A stretch of 32,000 nt of DNA. Source: Acinetobacter wanghuae. GTDB lineage: Bacteria > Pseudomonadota > Gammaproteobacteria > Pseudomonadales > Moraxellaceae. Positions 11,121 to 20,659 of this stretch are shown here, one piece after another. The stretch covers positions 180,001-212,000 of the forward strand of contig NZ_CP045650.1 of assembly GCF_009557235.1 (NCBI RefSeq), in the 5' to 3' direction. A program made the position numbers and the translations under genes. The notes below the pieces were generated by a model. It worked only from the letters and a program-made list of their open reading frames with translations, searched no databases and was not told the DNA's origin. The first letter of the stretch is position 1. Each line of letters starts with the position of its first letter.

Positions 11121-12428
11121 ATGATCAGTTTGGATATCGCAGTAATTGGGAGTGGCATGGCCGGACTGGCAACTGCCAGAATCCTTAAAGATGCAGGACA
11201 TCAAATTACGATTTTTGAAGCACTTCAAGGTCGTGGTATGGACAGTCATAGTCTTGAGTTCGAAGGTGGTTTAATTGATGCACCTTTACGTGTCATGAAT
11301 CCCCATCTGTGGAAAAATACTTTAAGTCTTGCTACCCATTTGGGGATTAAAACCTTTCCTGTACGAACATATATGGCGTGCAGTTGGTTATTTGAAGATA
11401 AAACCGAAACATGGCTGACCACCTCACGCAGCCGCATTGGTAATTTCCCGATTATTAATAACCGCAAAGGTTTACAGCAATATGGCTGGCGCTTGGTCAA
11501 AGGATTATTGCAACTCAAAGCCGCACTGACACGCTTCTTCAAATCTAAAAATCAAGATATCAGTTTGGCTGAATTTATTAATCGTAGTGAAATTGAAGAA
11601 GTCTTTTTGCATGGTGTCGTAATGCCTGTGCTGTATACCATTTGCACTTGTGATCCTAAAACTATTGGTGAATGGCCAGCCAAACCGCTATTAATTTTCT
11701 TACGCCAATTAACCGATGGTGATGCACTATTGCGCCTGCAAGGTGGCACACCGGCATTGGTCGATAAACTTATTCAAGGCATTCACATCGAAGATGGTTC
11801 AGCCATTACCTTAGTTCAACAACAAGGTGAACAGGTTAAAGTTGAAAATGCGGCGGGCTATTCAAAGTGTTTTGATCGCGTGATTGTGGCAACACCGACC
11901 ACTAAAATTGATCAATTCCTTGATACTGAACAATTCGCTGATGATATTGAATTGCTTAAAAAATTCAAATTTGAGCAAGGGCAATTGGTCATTCATACCG
12001 ATACGACCGTAATGCCACCGAAGCGTAAAGATTGGGCTGTGCTCAGTTATATGATGGATCGTAAATTTACCCGTCAACAATTTACTGTATGGCTGAATTC
12101 AATTGAACCGAGCTTGGTGGGTAAATCTGCCGTATTCCAAACGTGGCGTCCAGTGACTGAGATTGACCCGAAAAAAGTGATTTCATCCGTGACATTAACG
12201 CGTGCAGTAGTAGATGCTGATACTGTGGCACTGAATACCGAATTACAGCAACGACACTTAGATTCAAATCGTAAAGTGTTCTTCTGCGGTTCTTGGTCAT
12301 GCGATGGCTTACCTATTTTAGAATCGGCTGTCACGTCTGCCATGAAAATCGCAGAAGTATTTGGTGCGCCGCTGCCATTTGAAGGTCTCAAACCTGTTGT
12401 GGAAGTCGCACCGCAATTGGGTTACTAA
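11121..12428 (+). CDS. NAD(P)/FAD-dependent oxidoreductase (amine-oxidase-like fold)
   Basis: The 435-aa protein has an N-terminal Rossmann motif, IAVIGSGMAGLATARILKDAGHQITIFEA. Its stop is 3 nt from the next gene. Confidence 0.75.
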   Translation: MISLDIAVIGSGMAGLATARILKDAGHQITIFEALQGRGMDSHSLEFEGGLIDAPLRVMNPHLWKNTLSLATHLGIKTFPVRTYMACSWLFEDKTETWLTTSRSRIGNFPIINNRKGLQQYGWRLVKGLLQLKAALTRFFKSKNQDISLAEFINRSEIEEVFLHGVVMPVLYTICTCDPKTIGEWPAKPLLIFLRQLTDGDALLRLQGGTPALVDKLIQGIHIEDGSAITLVQQQGEQVKVENAAGYSKCFDRVIVATPTTKIDQFLDTEQFADDIELLKKFKFEQGQLVIHTDTTVMPPKRKDWAVLSYMMDRKFTRQQFTVWLNSIEPSLVGKSAVFQTWRPVTEIDPKKVISSVTLTRAVVDADTVALNTELQQRHLDSNRKVFFCGSWSCDGLPILESAVTSAMKIAEVFGAPLPFEGLKPVVEVAPQLGY

Positions 12429-12431
12429 ACC

Positions 12432-13280
12432 ATGAGATTGTTTCAGGCTTGGTCAAAACAAAAGCTTCAGCATAAGTACGCAATTAATGCAGCTTTACTT
12501 GGTGATCAAACGCCATTGCCTTGGAGCAATCTCGGTTATTGGCAAACAGGTCAGCATGATTATCGTACCGCTTGTATTGCCTTGGCAGATCATCTTGCCC
12601 AGGTCGTAGGTTTAAATTCAGAAGATAAATTACTGGATTTAGGTTGTGGGCAAGGGGCAAGTTTATTGCATTGGCAGCAGCACTATCAGGTCAGATATTT
12701 GGCAGGGTTAGAATTGCAAAGTCACTGTGTCAGTCATATTCAACGTAACTTACCTGACTTGAATGCCATTTATGCAGCATCATTTTTACGACTCAAAGAC
12801 ATTCAATTTTCACAAAAATTTGATGTGGTGCTGTGTCTTGATGCTGCCTATCACAGTCCACTTGATATTTTTTTAGCGCAAATGCAAAGTATTTTGAATT
12901 CAAATGCGCGAATTGGTTTTCATCATTTAATGTTATCTGAGCGTTGGCAGACTTTGAATTCATTTCAAAAATCGAAATACGGACTATTGCTCAAATCCGC
13001 AGATGTGAATTTAAAAAATTTAAAAACTTATTCTGAATTTAAAACGTTGCTTGAGCATTTTGAATTTAAAAATATTCAGATTGAAGATTTGTCAGAACAT
13101 GTATTGGCGGGATTTTCGGATTATGTCATCCAACATTTGAATTTAAAAGATCGGGATCAATCTGTTCAGGCAGGGGCATTCGATATTTTAAAAATTCAAA
13201 TGACCGCAAAATTGTGTCGAAAATTATATGCAGATGGTTTGATTCGCTATGTACAAGTCACGGCACAAGCGAAGTATTAA
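12432..13280 (+). CDS. Class I SAM-dependent methyltransferase
   Basis: The 282-aa protein carries motif I, LLDLGCGQGAS. It is tightly linked to the preceding oxidoreductase, so the two probably form an operon. Confidence 0.75.
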   Translation: MRLFQAWSKQKLQHKYAINAALLGDQTPLPWSNLGYWQTGQHDYRTACIALADHLAQVVGLNSEDKLLDLGCGQGASLLHWQQHYQVRYLAGLELQSHCVSHIQRNLPDLNAIYAASFLRLKDIQFSQKFDVVLCLDAAYHSPLDIFLAQMQSILNSNARIGFHHLMLSERWQTLNSFQKSKYGLLLKSADVNLKNLKTYSEFKTLLEHFEFKNIQIEDLSEHVLAGFSDYVIQHLNLKDRDQSVQAGAFDILKIQMTAKLCRKLYADGLIRYVQVTAQAKY

Positions 13281-13330
13281 GCTTTTGGTACGCTTATTAT
13301 TTTAAAAATCAAATACCCAGAAACATCAAA

Positions 13331-13350
13331 GCCTCACTAAAAAGCGAGGC
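13331..13350 (-). terminator. Hairpin downstream of tRNA-Thr (minus strand)
   Basis: The plus-strand sequence gcctcactaaaaagcgaggc reads on the minus strand as gcctcgc...gtgaggc followed by tttgatgttt. Confidence 0.5.
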
Positions 13351-13358
13351 TAAGATAA

Positions 13359-13434
<76 letters not shown>

Positions 13435-13653
13435 GTTGTGGAATGCATTCTACAGATTTTTTTTAAGCACGCAAGCCAAAAAATGAGCGGTTAATGTTTT
13501 TATAGGGCTTTTTAAATGATAAGAGGCGAATATGATTTGTGATCAATCTGTATTTTGAGTCATCCATTCGAATGAATTTAAAATGAATGAGTTTGTATAA
13601 AGAGTAAAAGGCGGTACAAAGATCGAATTTTATATGGAAGATTGAGCAGATGT

Positions 13654-13680
13654 AAAAAAAGCCACACAAGGTGGCTTTTT
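13654..13680 (-). terminator. Rho-independent terminator of the OMP gene
   Basis: The minus strand reads aaaaagccaccttgtgtggcttttttt. Confidence 0.8.
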
Positions 13681-13696
13681 AAAAGATATTAAGCAA

Positions 13697-14380
13697 TTAG
13701 AAACGGTATTTTAAACCGAAGTTGTAGCTGAGTCCGTTAACATCAAGAGCGCCGCTTCGACCACTATCACACCAACTACTTCCTTCAATATTTAAACAAT
13801 CTTTCGCTTTATGATTGTCTGTCCATTTGTAGCCTAGACCTGCGTAAGCTGCTAGTTGTGGCATGAAGTAATGACCTAGCTCGACATTGACTGGAATTAA
13901 GAAATTATCAGCGCTGATTTTATTGGTTACAGTCACATCGCTGCCTTCAAATGAAAACGTAGCACTTTCTTTCCAATCACCCCACATATAACCAATACCG
14001 GCTTGACCAAGTACATAGGTATTATTTTTATTGTAGAACGTATATTGAGCACCAAATGAGATGAGATCAACATCTACATTGTCGCTGCTTTGGTTTTCGT
14101 ATTTCGTCCAAAGTCCACGTCGGTCAAAATCATAGGTTGAACCAATTTGGAAACCACGGAAACGGCCTTTACCGAGTTCGCTAGAATCGACTTTCCAACC
14201 AGAATAACCGCCATGTAGTGTGAAACTATTTGGACTTTGCTCAGATACGACCGTTGTTGAAACATAATTTGGTGTTGTACCTAGTGGCGCAGGTTGACCA
14301 TATTGAACATTGAGTGCCTGATCAGCACATGCCACGCTTGAAGAAAGGATCGTTAGACCGATCATTAATGTTTTTTTCAT
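13697..14380 (-). CDS. Outer-membrane beta-barrel protein (OMP_b-brl/OmpW-like small porin)
   Basis: The likely start is MKKTLMIGLTILSSSVACA at 14380, preceded by a GGGGGT Shine-Dalgarno; the track start at 14410 is an upstream extension. The protein has alternating aromatic/Gly strands. The C-terminus GLKYRF-stop ends in the typical terminal Phe. Confidence 0.75.
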   Translation of the reverse strand: MKKTLMIGLTILSSSVACADQALNVQYGQPAPLGTTPNYVSTTVVSEQSPNSFTLHGGYSGWKVDSSELGKGRFRGFQIGSTYDFDRRGLWTKYENQSSDNVDVDLISFGAQYTFYNKNNTYVLGQAGIGYMWGDWKESATFSFEGSDVTVTNKISADNFLIPVNVELGHYFMPQLAAYAGLGYKWTDNHKAKDCLNIEGSSWCDSGRSGALDVNGLSYNFGLKYRF

Positions 14381-14678
14381 TATTGTGTACCCCCCTATAA
14401 TATGCAACATGCTAACAAAAAATAACCGTTTTACAATATTTTATTGAAATATTACTTAAAAAATTAATGAATAAGTTTGTCTTTGTCATCTTCTAATTTG
14501 AGCTTTTTAATGCTTTTATATTTTTAAAATTAAAAACATTGATTGCAAATAAAAGCTTTAGCACTTGAACGGCATAGAGCCTATATATTTATTGAATGAT
14601 GACATATCTTAGATTTAAGTTGATGGTATATATATATCGAAAAGAGCAAATATTGATTTCATGCGTATATTTTGGAAA

Positions 14679-14825
14679 ATATACCGTCAAATGTACCGAC
14701 ATCATGATGATTACATCTTATTTTTTGATTTTTAAAAGGTATAAAAAAGAGCTTAAATCTATATAGATTCAAGCTCTTTAGGTTTGCTTTGGATTGCAGG
14801 TTTTTCGAATTTGGCGGTGAAAGAG
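14679..14825. repeat. att-like module A (left boundary)
   Basis: A 23-bp block, atataccgtcaaatgtaccgaca (14679-14701), is identical to 22482-22504. A minus-strand terminator hairpin lies at 14743-14779. A 21-bp block, tcgaatttggcggtgaaagag (14805-14825), is identical to 22610-22630. Spacing between the blocks is 104 bp here against 106 bp in module B. Confidence 0.8.
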
Positions 14826-14915
14826 TCCGTCAGGTTTAACATCTAAATACTTGAATTAGTTAAACATGAAATTTCATGTTTGTAAATGTACCGTCATTTA
14901 TACCGTCAAAATAAA

Positions 14916-17543
14916 TTATGCTTCCATTGTAGCTAAAGTTCGGGCTTTAAAGGCTTTAATCCATTTAGCTAACTTTTGAGTATCTTCTGTAATACTTTGG
15001 AGATCTGGAGATGGAGGTGGCATTTCATCAGGTTGTGAATGTTCGAATACAGAGTAGCGAGTCATGAGTTCATCAATTAACTCACAATCTTCAAGTTCAA
15101 TTTTTGCAAGAGCTGAAAGTCTTCCTTGAGTTTGGACGGCACGTCTAAACCGTGTAACAACTTCATTTAAAAGTATAGTTTCTACGCATTTTTCAACTTG
15201 AATCCTAAATTCACTACAATAGTGGTAAGCATCTTTTTCAAAGTTTTCTACATCACCATCTGCAATATATTTTTCTAACTTTGGAATTAAGATAGATAAC
15301 ATTTTATTAAGAGCTGTATCAGGTTTATCATTGCGTATTAAAGGATTCGAAACTATACCAGTTTCATTTTGAAGTCGTGTAATAGTCTCTACATGGATAT
15401 TTACAGAAGAGGGAACTCCACTAACCTTAGCTATCTCTTTTGCTTTCTTTTCCGCGCTTTGGACTAAAGCCAATAAAGACAATCTATGAGTAAAAATGAT
15501 AACTTGTCTTTCTTTAGACAGTTCAATAAGGCGTTCTACAACTTTTTCCTCAAAAACATGATCTAAGGAACAAATAGGATCATCAAATATAAAAGGTGTA
15601 TTCTGTCCAGAGCCCGTGATATCTGCTAAAAATGCCGCTAAGGCAACAACTCGGGCTTCTCCCTCACTTAAAACTTGGTGAGCTTGAGCTTCTTGTACTT
15701 TACCTTGAATGACTAGATCAAATAAAATTTTACCTTTTCCTTTATTTAAGCTGACAGGCTTAATTGGTATTCTAGTACCGCCTAGCTTTTTTAATTCTTC
15801 TTCAAATCTTTGAATATATTTTAATTCTAGTTCATCCGTTGCTAGTTCAGTTTTCTTACGAGTTAATGCATTAGTACTACAAAGTTTGATTGCTTTATCA
15901 AGTTCAGCAATAGTAAGTAAACGAGTTCTTTCAGTTAATAAAGCGCTTTTATTCTGATGCAACCATTGAGAGCTTTTTAAATCTTTTAGTTTCTGTTCTA
16001 AAGCTTTTCTAGAGTCATCTTCATTTACAGAGATTAATGATAGCTCTTCTTTTTCGGTTGCTTGCAACTTTCTTTTATAAGCCTCAGAAATGATACTCCA
16101 ATTAAACATTTTTAATTCATTAATAGAATCTTTGTGGATTACTGTTTCAATTAATACATTTAACTCTTCAAATAAGTCATTAATTAGTTCTTTATCAAGG
16201 TGTAATTTTTCTAAATGCAATGTCCATTCACCTTGAGTCAAACATTTTCTTAGGGTTGCTAAGAGTTGATCTTTTGCTTTTTCGGCTGATTTAGCCTCAG
16301 TTTCCAAACTACTTCGAATGAAATCTTCAAAACTATGAAGGCGAGCTTTGGCTATATCTGTTAAGGGTTGATGACAAAGTACACAATTTGCATGTTCACC
16401 TGTAAATGGGAAGTTATGGTTAGGGTAGGCGATATGTTCCGAGTATTCTTTTGCTTTATTCCATAAAGAAATCCAAGCTTCCTGACCTACTCCTTCTAAC
16501 TCACTATTAGAAAATACACGCTGTGCTTCTACTACAGCTAATTTTCGCTTATATGTAGCTTGGTGCTTAGCTTCTACTATAGATTCTAGAGACTTTATAG
16601 AAGTTAATTCCTTGAGCTTATCAATATATTGACCAGTTACTTTTAAGCTAATTTTAGTGGTTTCTATCTCTTTTAAAAGAGAGGGAATATCTTGCTTAGC
16701 TAGAGTTGCTTCAATCTGAACCCGTTCTTGGTCATCTGTATCAGTGTAAGTACATTTTGAGTCAATAAATTCAATTGTGGGCTTTGCACTCAGTGAATTT
16801 ATTAAATCTGATGCACTAGAAGAATAAAGATGTACAGGGATTTGAGGTAGATGTGAACTTAAAAGATCTTTCTTACTTTGCAAAGTTGAAGATACTTCAT
16901 CGCATACTTTTATAAGTGAAGATATAAACCTCATTCTCATAGGCTCATAAGTTGCTTCACTCTTGTTCATATGAATTTGAGCAGTTTTATTATCAAAAAT
17001 ATGAACATGTTTTAGATGTTGATCTTCTGAACCGTTAGGAAGCCATACATAAGTATAAGAAGGGGGATGATTATTCAAACATACCTCAATATCTGCTGAT
17101 ATAGGGTGTTGTTTATCTGCAAAAATATTACCTAAAATTTCTTCTTGTGCTTTTGATCCACAAATTTTTTTCAATAATCGAGAATAACTAGATTTTCCTG
17201 AACCATTTGAACCAAAAATTACGGTTAAATTACCTCCACCAAAATCTAATGTAGATCCCATTCTTATAGCATTAACACCTGAGATTTTATTGATTTTATT
17301 GATTCGGATTTGTGGTCTAATAGCAGCATTATTTAATGAGCCCGCACTAATAGTAGTAAATGCTCCCGCCAAATCTTTAGCTTCTTGTTCGCATAGAGTT
17401 ACAAAAGATGCTAATTCTGAATCATTAGGCATTCTTTTATTGGAAATTAAAAATTCAGCTACGCTTTGTAACCATTTGGGTCTTTCACAAATCCATTGTT
17501 CAAAATTATCTAGTTGTACGGTTGGTTGCCCCATCATATTCAT
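14916..17543 (-). CDS. AAA_13-family ABC-type ATPase with a coiled-coil CxxC hook; RloC/PrrC-like putative anticodon nuclease (abortive-infection type)
   Basis: The 875-aa protein has Walker A (FGSNGSGKSSYSRLL). A long coiled-coil insert contains NCVLCHQPL. It also has an ABC signature (LSEGEARVVALAAFLA), Walker B/D-loop (FIFDDPICSLDH) and an H-loop (IIFTHRL). The C-terminal domain has R/E then H motifs (EFRIQVEKCVE ... YSVFEHSQP) like the PrrC/RloC nuclease region. A GGGGGA Shine-Dalgarno lies upstream. Confidence 0.6.
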   Translation of the reverse strand: MNMMGQPTVQLDNFEQWICERPKWLQSVAEFLISNKRMPNDSELASFVTLCEQEAKDLAGAFTTISAGSLNNAAIRPQIRINKINKISGVNAIRMGSTLDFGGGNLTVIFGSNGSGKSSYSRLLKKICGSKAQEEILGNIFADKQHPISADIEVCLNNHPPSYTYVWLPNGSEDQHLKHVHIFDNKTAQIHMNKSEATYEPMRMRFISSLIKVCDEVSSTLQSKKDLLSSHLPQIPVHLYSSSASDLINSLSAKPTIEFIDSKCTYTDTDDQERVQIEATLAKQDIPSLLKEIETTKISLKVTGQYIDKLKELTSIKSLESIVEAKHQATYKRKLAVVEAQRVFSNSELEGVGQEAWISLWNKAKEYSEHIAYPNHNFPFTGEHANCVLCHQPLTDIAKARLHSFEDFIRSSLETEAKSAEKAKDQLLATLRKCLTQGEWTLHLEKLHLDKELINDLFEELNVLIETVIHKDSINELKMFNWSIISEAYKRKLQATEKEELSLISVNEDDSRKALEQKLKDLKSSQWLHQNKSALLTERTRLLTIAELDKAIKLCSTNALTRKKTELATDELELKYIQRFEEELKKLGGTRIPIKPVSLNKGKGKILFDLVIQGKVQEAQAHQVLSEGEARVVALAAFLADITGSGQNTPFIFDDPICSLDHVFEEKVVERLIELSKERQVIIFTHRLSLLALVQSAEKKAKEIAKVSGVPSSVNIHVETITRLQNETGIVSNPLIRNDKPDTALNKMLSILIPKLEKYIADGDVENFEKDAYHYCSEFRIQVEKCVETILLNEVVTRFRRAVQTQGRLSALAKIELEDCELIDELMTRYSVFEHSQPDEMPPPSPDLQSITEDTQKLAKWIKAFKARTLATMEA

Positions 17544-17747
17544 TAAATTTCCCCCAAGTTTTTATAAATTAAAATAATTTTAATCAATATAACTAATTTT
17601 ATTGATTAAAAGAAAGTAAGTTATAGGCAACTTTTGGAAACTTATTTGAGAAGTATAAGACCTTTCAAATTTGCACAAAATTTACGAATAGTCTCCATAG
17701 AGTAGAACGCTTTTATTCTAAGACTTCGCCGATTCTACTTATGAAAC

Positions 17748-17771
17748 AAAAGGGGAGTTGATTCCCCTTTT
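17748..17771 (-). terminator. Rho-independent terminator after the 240-aa gene
   Basis: The sequence is aaaaggggagttgattcccctttt. On the minus strand it is followed by ttttgttt. It separates the 240-aa gene from the ATPase gene. Confidence 0.8.
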
Positions 17772-17787
17772 GCTAAGTTATATAAGA

Positions 17788-18510
17788 TTAGCAACGTCTG
17801 TCGCGCTCATAATCAATCTTACGTAATACGGCATCTACATTACCTTCATAGAGTAAGGGAGGTAAAGCCATACCTTCATTGGGTGTCCATTGTTTTAGAT
17901 TTGAATAAGGGGCTGTCCAATATGCTACTGCACCGCAAATATATCCGTCTACTTTTGATGGATATTCTTTACGACTAATGTGTACATGAAGTTTGCAATG
18001 TGTGTCACTTGAGAAGCAATCCAAAGATACATCTGTAAACTTTAGTCCTTGAGATATCATGAAATTGCCTAAACCAGTATCTTCTCCGTTAAATGGTAAA
18101 AAATTAGCGCCTTTTAAATTATTGTTTTGCATGTCACGGACATCATCACTAAGTTTTGCTCGCTCTGGGCTTGCATCGAAAGCATCCCAATCAAACTCCT
18201 TTTCAATAGAGCTTTGAGTTTCATTTTCCTCAACTACCACATCGGATTCTGGTGCTTCTACCGCTGCACTTGATTCCGAGTCATTTTCTATTACAGTTGC
18301 ATTTGAAATAGATGGGGTTGTACTTGCAGATCTTTCTTTGTTTAAAGAAATCATGGAATTAATGATTGCGAAAGCGAGTCCGCATGAAAATAAAATGATT
18401 CCGTATTTATGCAAATTTGAAAATTTTGGTACCTTTAGCCCAAGAACAAAAAATAATGCCCCTAAAAGGATCATTAAAGTAAATATAACCGCCATTCTAA
18501 TCTCTGTCAT
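17788..18510 (-). CDS. Hypothetical membrane protein: two N-terminal TM helices, an acidic linker and a Cys-containing C-terminal domain
   Basis: The 240-aa protein has TM1 (VIFTLMILLGALFFVLGL) and TM2 (GIILFSCGLAFAIINSMISL). A Ser/Glu-rich linker follows, then a globular C-terminal region with 5 Cys. I recognise no family. Confidence 0.6.
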   Translation of the reverse strand: MTEIRMAVIFTLMILLGALFFVLGLKVPKFSNLHKYGIILFSCGLAFAIINSMISLNKERSASTTPSISNATVIENDSESSAAVEAPESDVVVEENETQSSIEKEFDWDAFDASPERAKLSDDVRDMQNNNLKGANFLPFNGEDTGLGNFMISQGLKFTDVSLDCFSSDTHCKLHVHISRKEYPSKVDGYICGAVAYWTAPYSNLKQWTPNEGMALPPLLYEGNVDAVLRKIDYERDRRC

Positions 18511-18712
18511 AAGTTATAAAGTGTTAAGACAGGTATGATATTTTGTGTGAAAAGTAAAATAAATCCGACTAAGGATCAATAATGTATGTCTATAAAGATA
18601 ATATATGTATAGGTATTAGGAAGATCAAAATTAGAGGATCAGTAAGAGTATATATAAAACAATATCTTACTGATCTTTTTCTTTTGGAAAGCTGAGGTTA
18701 AATCATTAATTT

Positions 18713-19933
18713 TTAGAAATTACGACTGAGGTTAAAAACAGCTTTTGACACAAGCTTATTCAGCTCCGAATAAGGTTGAATTCCATCTTCAAGCGAGCCT
18801 TTTTTATGTTTAATAGTTTCTTGGCCGAAGGGTTTGATCCGTTCCTCGTAATACTCTTTTAGCTTACTAGGAGGGTGAGAGTTCAAACGAGTGAAGCTCA
18901 AAAACTTAAATCCCTTTTTGATGATATTGGCTAAGTTTTCAATTGAATGATCTTTCACTTCAAACCTACCATTGTTCAAAGTTACTTCTACTCTTAAACG
19001 GTGTTCCTCTAACGGTAAAGGCTGTTTGTTGCTATCAGTCGTTTTTACATAAAGCCGATAACATAGCGGTGAGCCTTTAGGATTCACACCTAGACACCAA
19101 TCCTTATTAAACCGTTTAAGAAGCATGGACGGCGCATGCGGGACAGGATTGAACTTATTCCGAATATCCTCTTTGACGAACTTATAAATTCGAAAGTTAT
19201 CCGCCGTGGCTTCGTATCTAAGTGACTTATGGAGAGCTGAAAGCATAGCTTTACTTGGGGCATGATAGAAATCTAATGAAAGCTCAATATTTGCAATCTT
19301 CATTTGGCTAATGTCTGCACCGTATTGTCTTGCAAGTAATTCAGCAATTTTAAGCACATCATTCTTGTGCTTAATGTCATGCAGTCGAATAGTAAAAGTT
19401 AAATGCTCTTGGGCGATATGACTCTCATCCGCTTTTACATAATGTCTCGTGCCAGTTTTAAGCGTAAGAAAACTTTTGATCAGACTTCTTGCATTGGGTT
19501 TATGTGCAAAGGTGCATTTGCTTGGGTTCACTTCAAATGATAAATCTAGCCAATCAATGACTGCCTTAATTTGAATGGGTTTAAAGTTAATAGAAAAGCC
19601 TTTTTCCGACAGCTCTGGATTTTCGAAGTCCATGCGTTTTTCAATGCTATAACTAGAGACGCTGCTGTAAATTTCAGCTTCAATGATTTCCGCAACATCA
19701 GCATTGATTTGTAAACGCCGTTGGTAGGCATCTAAGAAAGTATGAAGTTCGGTAATTCCTGTTCTTTCTGAAAATGTTAAATGTTTTCCTGACGAGTTTT
19801 GAAGGGTTTCTTTAACGAGAAACTCAAATAAATAATTACCATTAGTATTCATTCGCTGTTCATCACACGATTTCACGGCATCATAGAATGATTCCGAGAG
19901 TTCTGAGCAATGTTGATCCTGATCCATATTCAT
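18713..19933 (-). CDS. Putative replication initiation protein (Rep_trans/PF02486-like)
   Basis: The listed ORF starts at 20011 (MCACPTCTH...). The AAGGA Shine-Dalgarno sits next to MNMDQDQ, so the start is at 19933 or 19927. The motifs VIDWLDLSFEV and HRLRVEVTL resemble the Rep_trans family. Its position next to alpA and int is typical for a satellite or IME replication module. Confidence 0.4.
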   Translation of the reverse strand: MNMDQDQHCSELSESFYDAVKSCDEQRMNTNGNYLFEFLVKETLQNSSGKHLTFSERTGITELHTFLDAYQRRLQINADVAEIIEAEIYSSVSSYSIEKRMDFENPELSEKGFSINFKPIQIKAVIDWLDLSFEVNPSKCTFAHKPNARSLIKSFLTLKTGTRHYVKADESHIAQEHLTFTIRLHDIKHKNDVLKIAELLARQYGADISQMKIANIELSLDFYHAPSKAMLSALHKSLRYEATADNFRIYKFVKEDIRNKFNPVPHAPSMLLKRFNKDWCLGVNPKGSPLCYRLYVKTTDSNKQPLPLEEHRLRVEVTLNNGRFEVKDHSIENLANIIKKGFKFLSFTRLNSHPPSKLKEYYEERIKPFGQETIKHKKGSLEDGIQPYSELNKLVSKAVFNLSRNF

Positions 19934-20018
19934 CCTTGATGATGTTGAGATTGAAAAAATTTGATTATTACAATTCAGAGGGGAATGTGTGCATGTAGGA
20001 CATGCACACAAGAAGAGG

Positions 20019-20186
20019 CTATTCGACTAGATATTTTTCGTAAGCAGTATCAATCAGAAGGGTTTTGAAGCCTTCATAAATGATTGTGTATTCCGTTGTC
20101 GAAGCGCTTTTATCTTCTACTTTTAGAATTTCACTATGCTCTAGAATATCTGCGAAAAGTTCAGTGCTAACAATCGTCAAGTTCAT
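20019..20186 (-). CDS. Small hypothetical protein (55 aa), not in the ORF track
   Basis: The sequence is MNLTIVSTELFADILEHSEILKVEDKSASTTEYTIIYEGFKTLLIDTAYEKYLVE-stop. Its ATG lies 2 nt after the TAA of the upstream 81-aa ORF, which suggests coupling. Confidence 0.4.
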   Translation of the reverse strand: MNLTIVSTELFADILEHSEILKVEDKSASTTEYTIIYEGFKTLLIDTAYEKYLVE

Positions 20187-20188
20187 GA

Positions 20189-20434
20189 TTAACCCTTGCT
20201 CACAGGTAAGTGACGAATTAACTCGGTTGATAACAGTTTTAAGTCGACTTTAATTTTGTTAATCATTAAGTAGTCAACCGTGTAATCAACAGCATTTTGA
20301 ATTCCTTCAGGAGTTGTAAGATCAAATGTCCCGTCATTCTCTTCTAAAAGATTACGGATCGTATCTTCGATAATCTCAGTTTTTAGATTATCTAAGATGC
20401 TTGCTTGGTTAAGGTTAGTTGTTGAGTTGTTCAT
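20189..20434 (-). CDS. Small hypothetical acidic protein (81 aa)
   Basis: The ORF is coupled to the 55-aa ORF. I recognise no motif. Confidence 0.45.
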   Translation of the reverse strand: MNNSTTNLNQASILDNLKTEIIEDTIRNLLEENDGTFDLTTPEGIQNAVDYTVDYLMINKIKVDLKLLSTELIRHLPVSKG

Positions 20435-20659
20435 TGAACAATTTCCTTTTAGTAATGCTTATTCCCAATGGATAAGCGTATGTAGATACCATCACTGGCG
20501 TTAATTCAACTATTTATTAAAAAACAGTTGGTTATGTAGCTCATTAATTAAGTGATTCAAGAATTTAGGCATGACTTAGCCCGATCACTATTTCTGACCA
20601 ATTTAAGTAATGAAAATGTTAGGTTTTAAATTTACAGATGATCTGTATAGGCGACTGGC

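Noticed and set aside
13463-13669. 68-aa minus-strand ORF between the tRNA and the OMP gene
   Set aside because: It has no Shine-Dalgarno and an AT-rich, Phe/Ile/Lys-biased translation. It overlaps the OMP terminator hairpin. It is most likely non-coding spacer.
18637-18675. 10-bp inverted repeat gatcagtaag / cttactgatc downstream of the Rep-like gene as a terminator or origin
   Set aside because: The loop is about 19 nt and the U-tract is on the wrong strand for the Rep-like transcript. It is plausible as a weak terminator or a nick-site hairpin, but the sequence alone gives too little support to call it.
19934-20011. Cys-rich N-terminal extension (MCACPTCTHSPLNC...) of the Rep-like ORF, which could have been a zinc-binding motif
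   Set aside because: The Shine-Dalgarno (AAGGA) sits next to the internal MNMDQDQ start. The extension overlaps the end of the upstream 55-aa ORF region, so it is probably untranslated.
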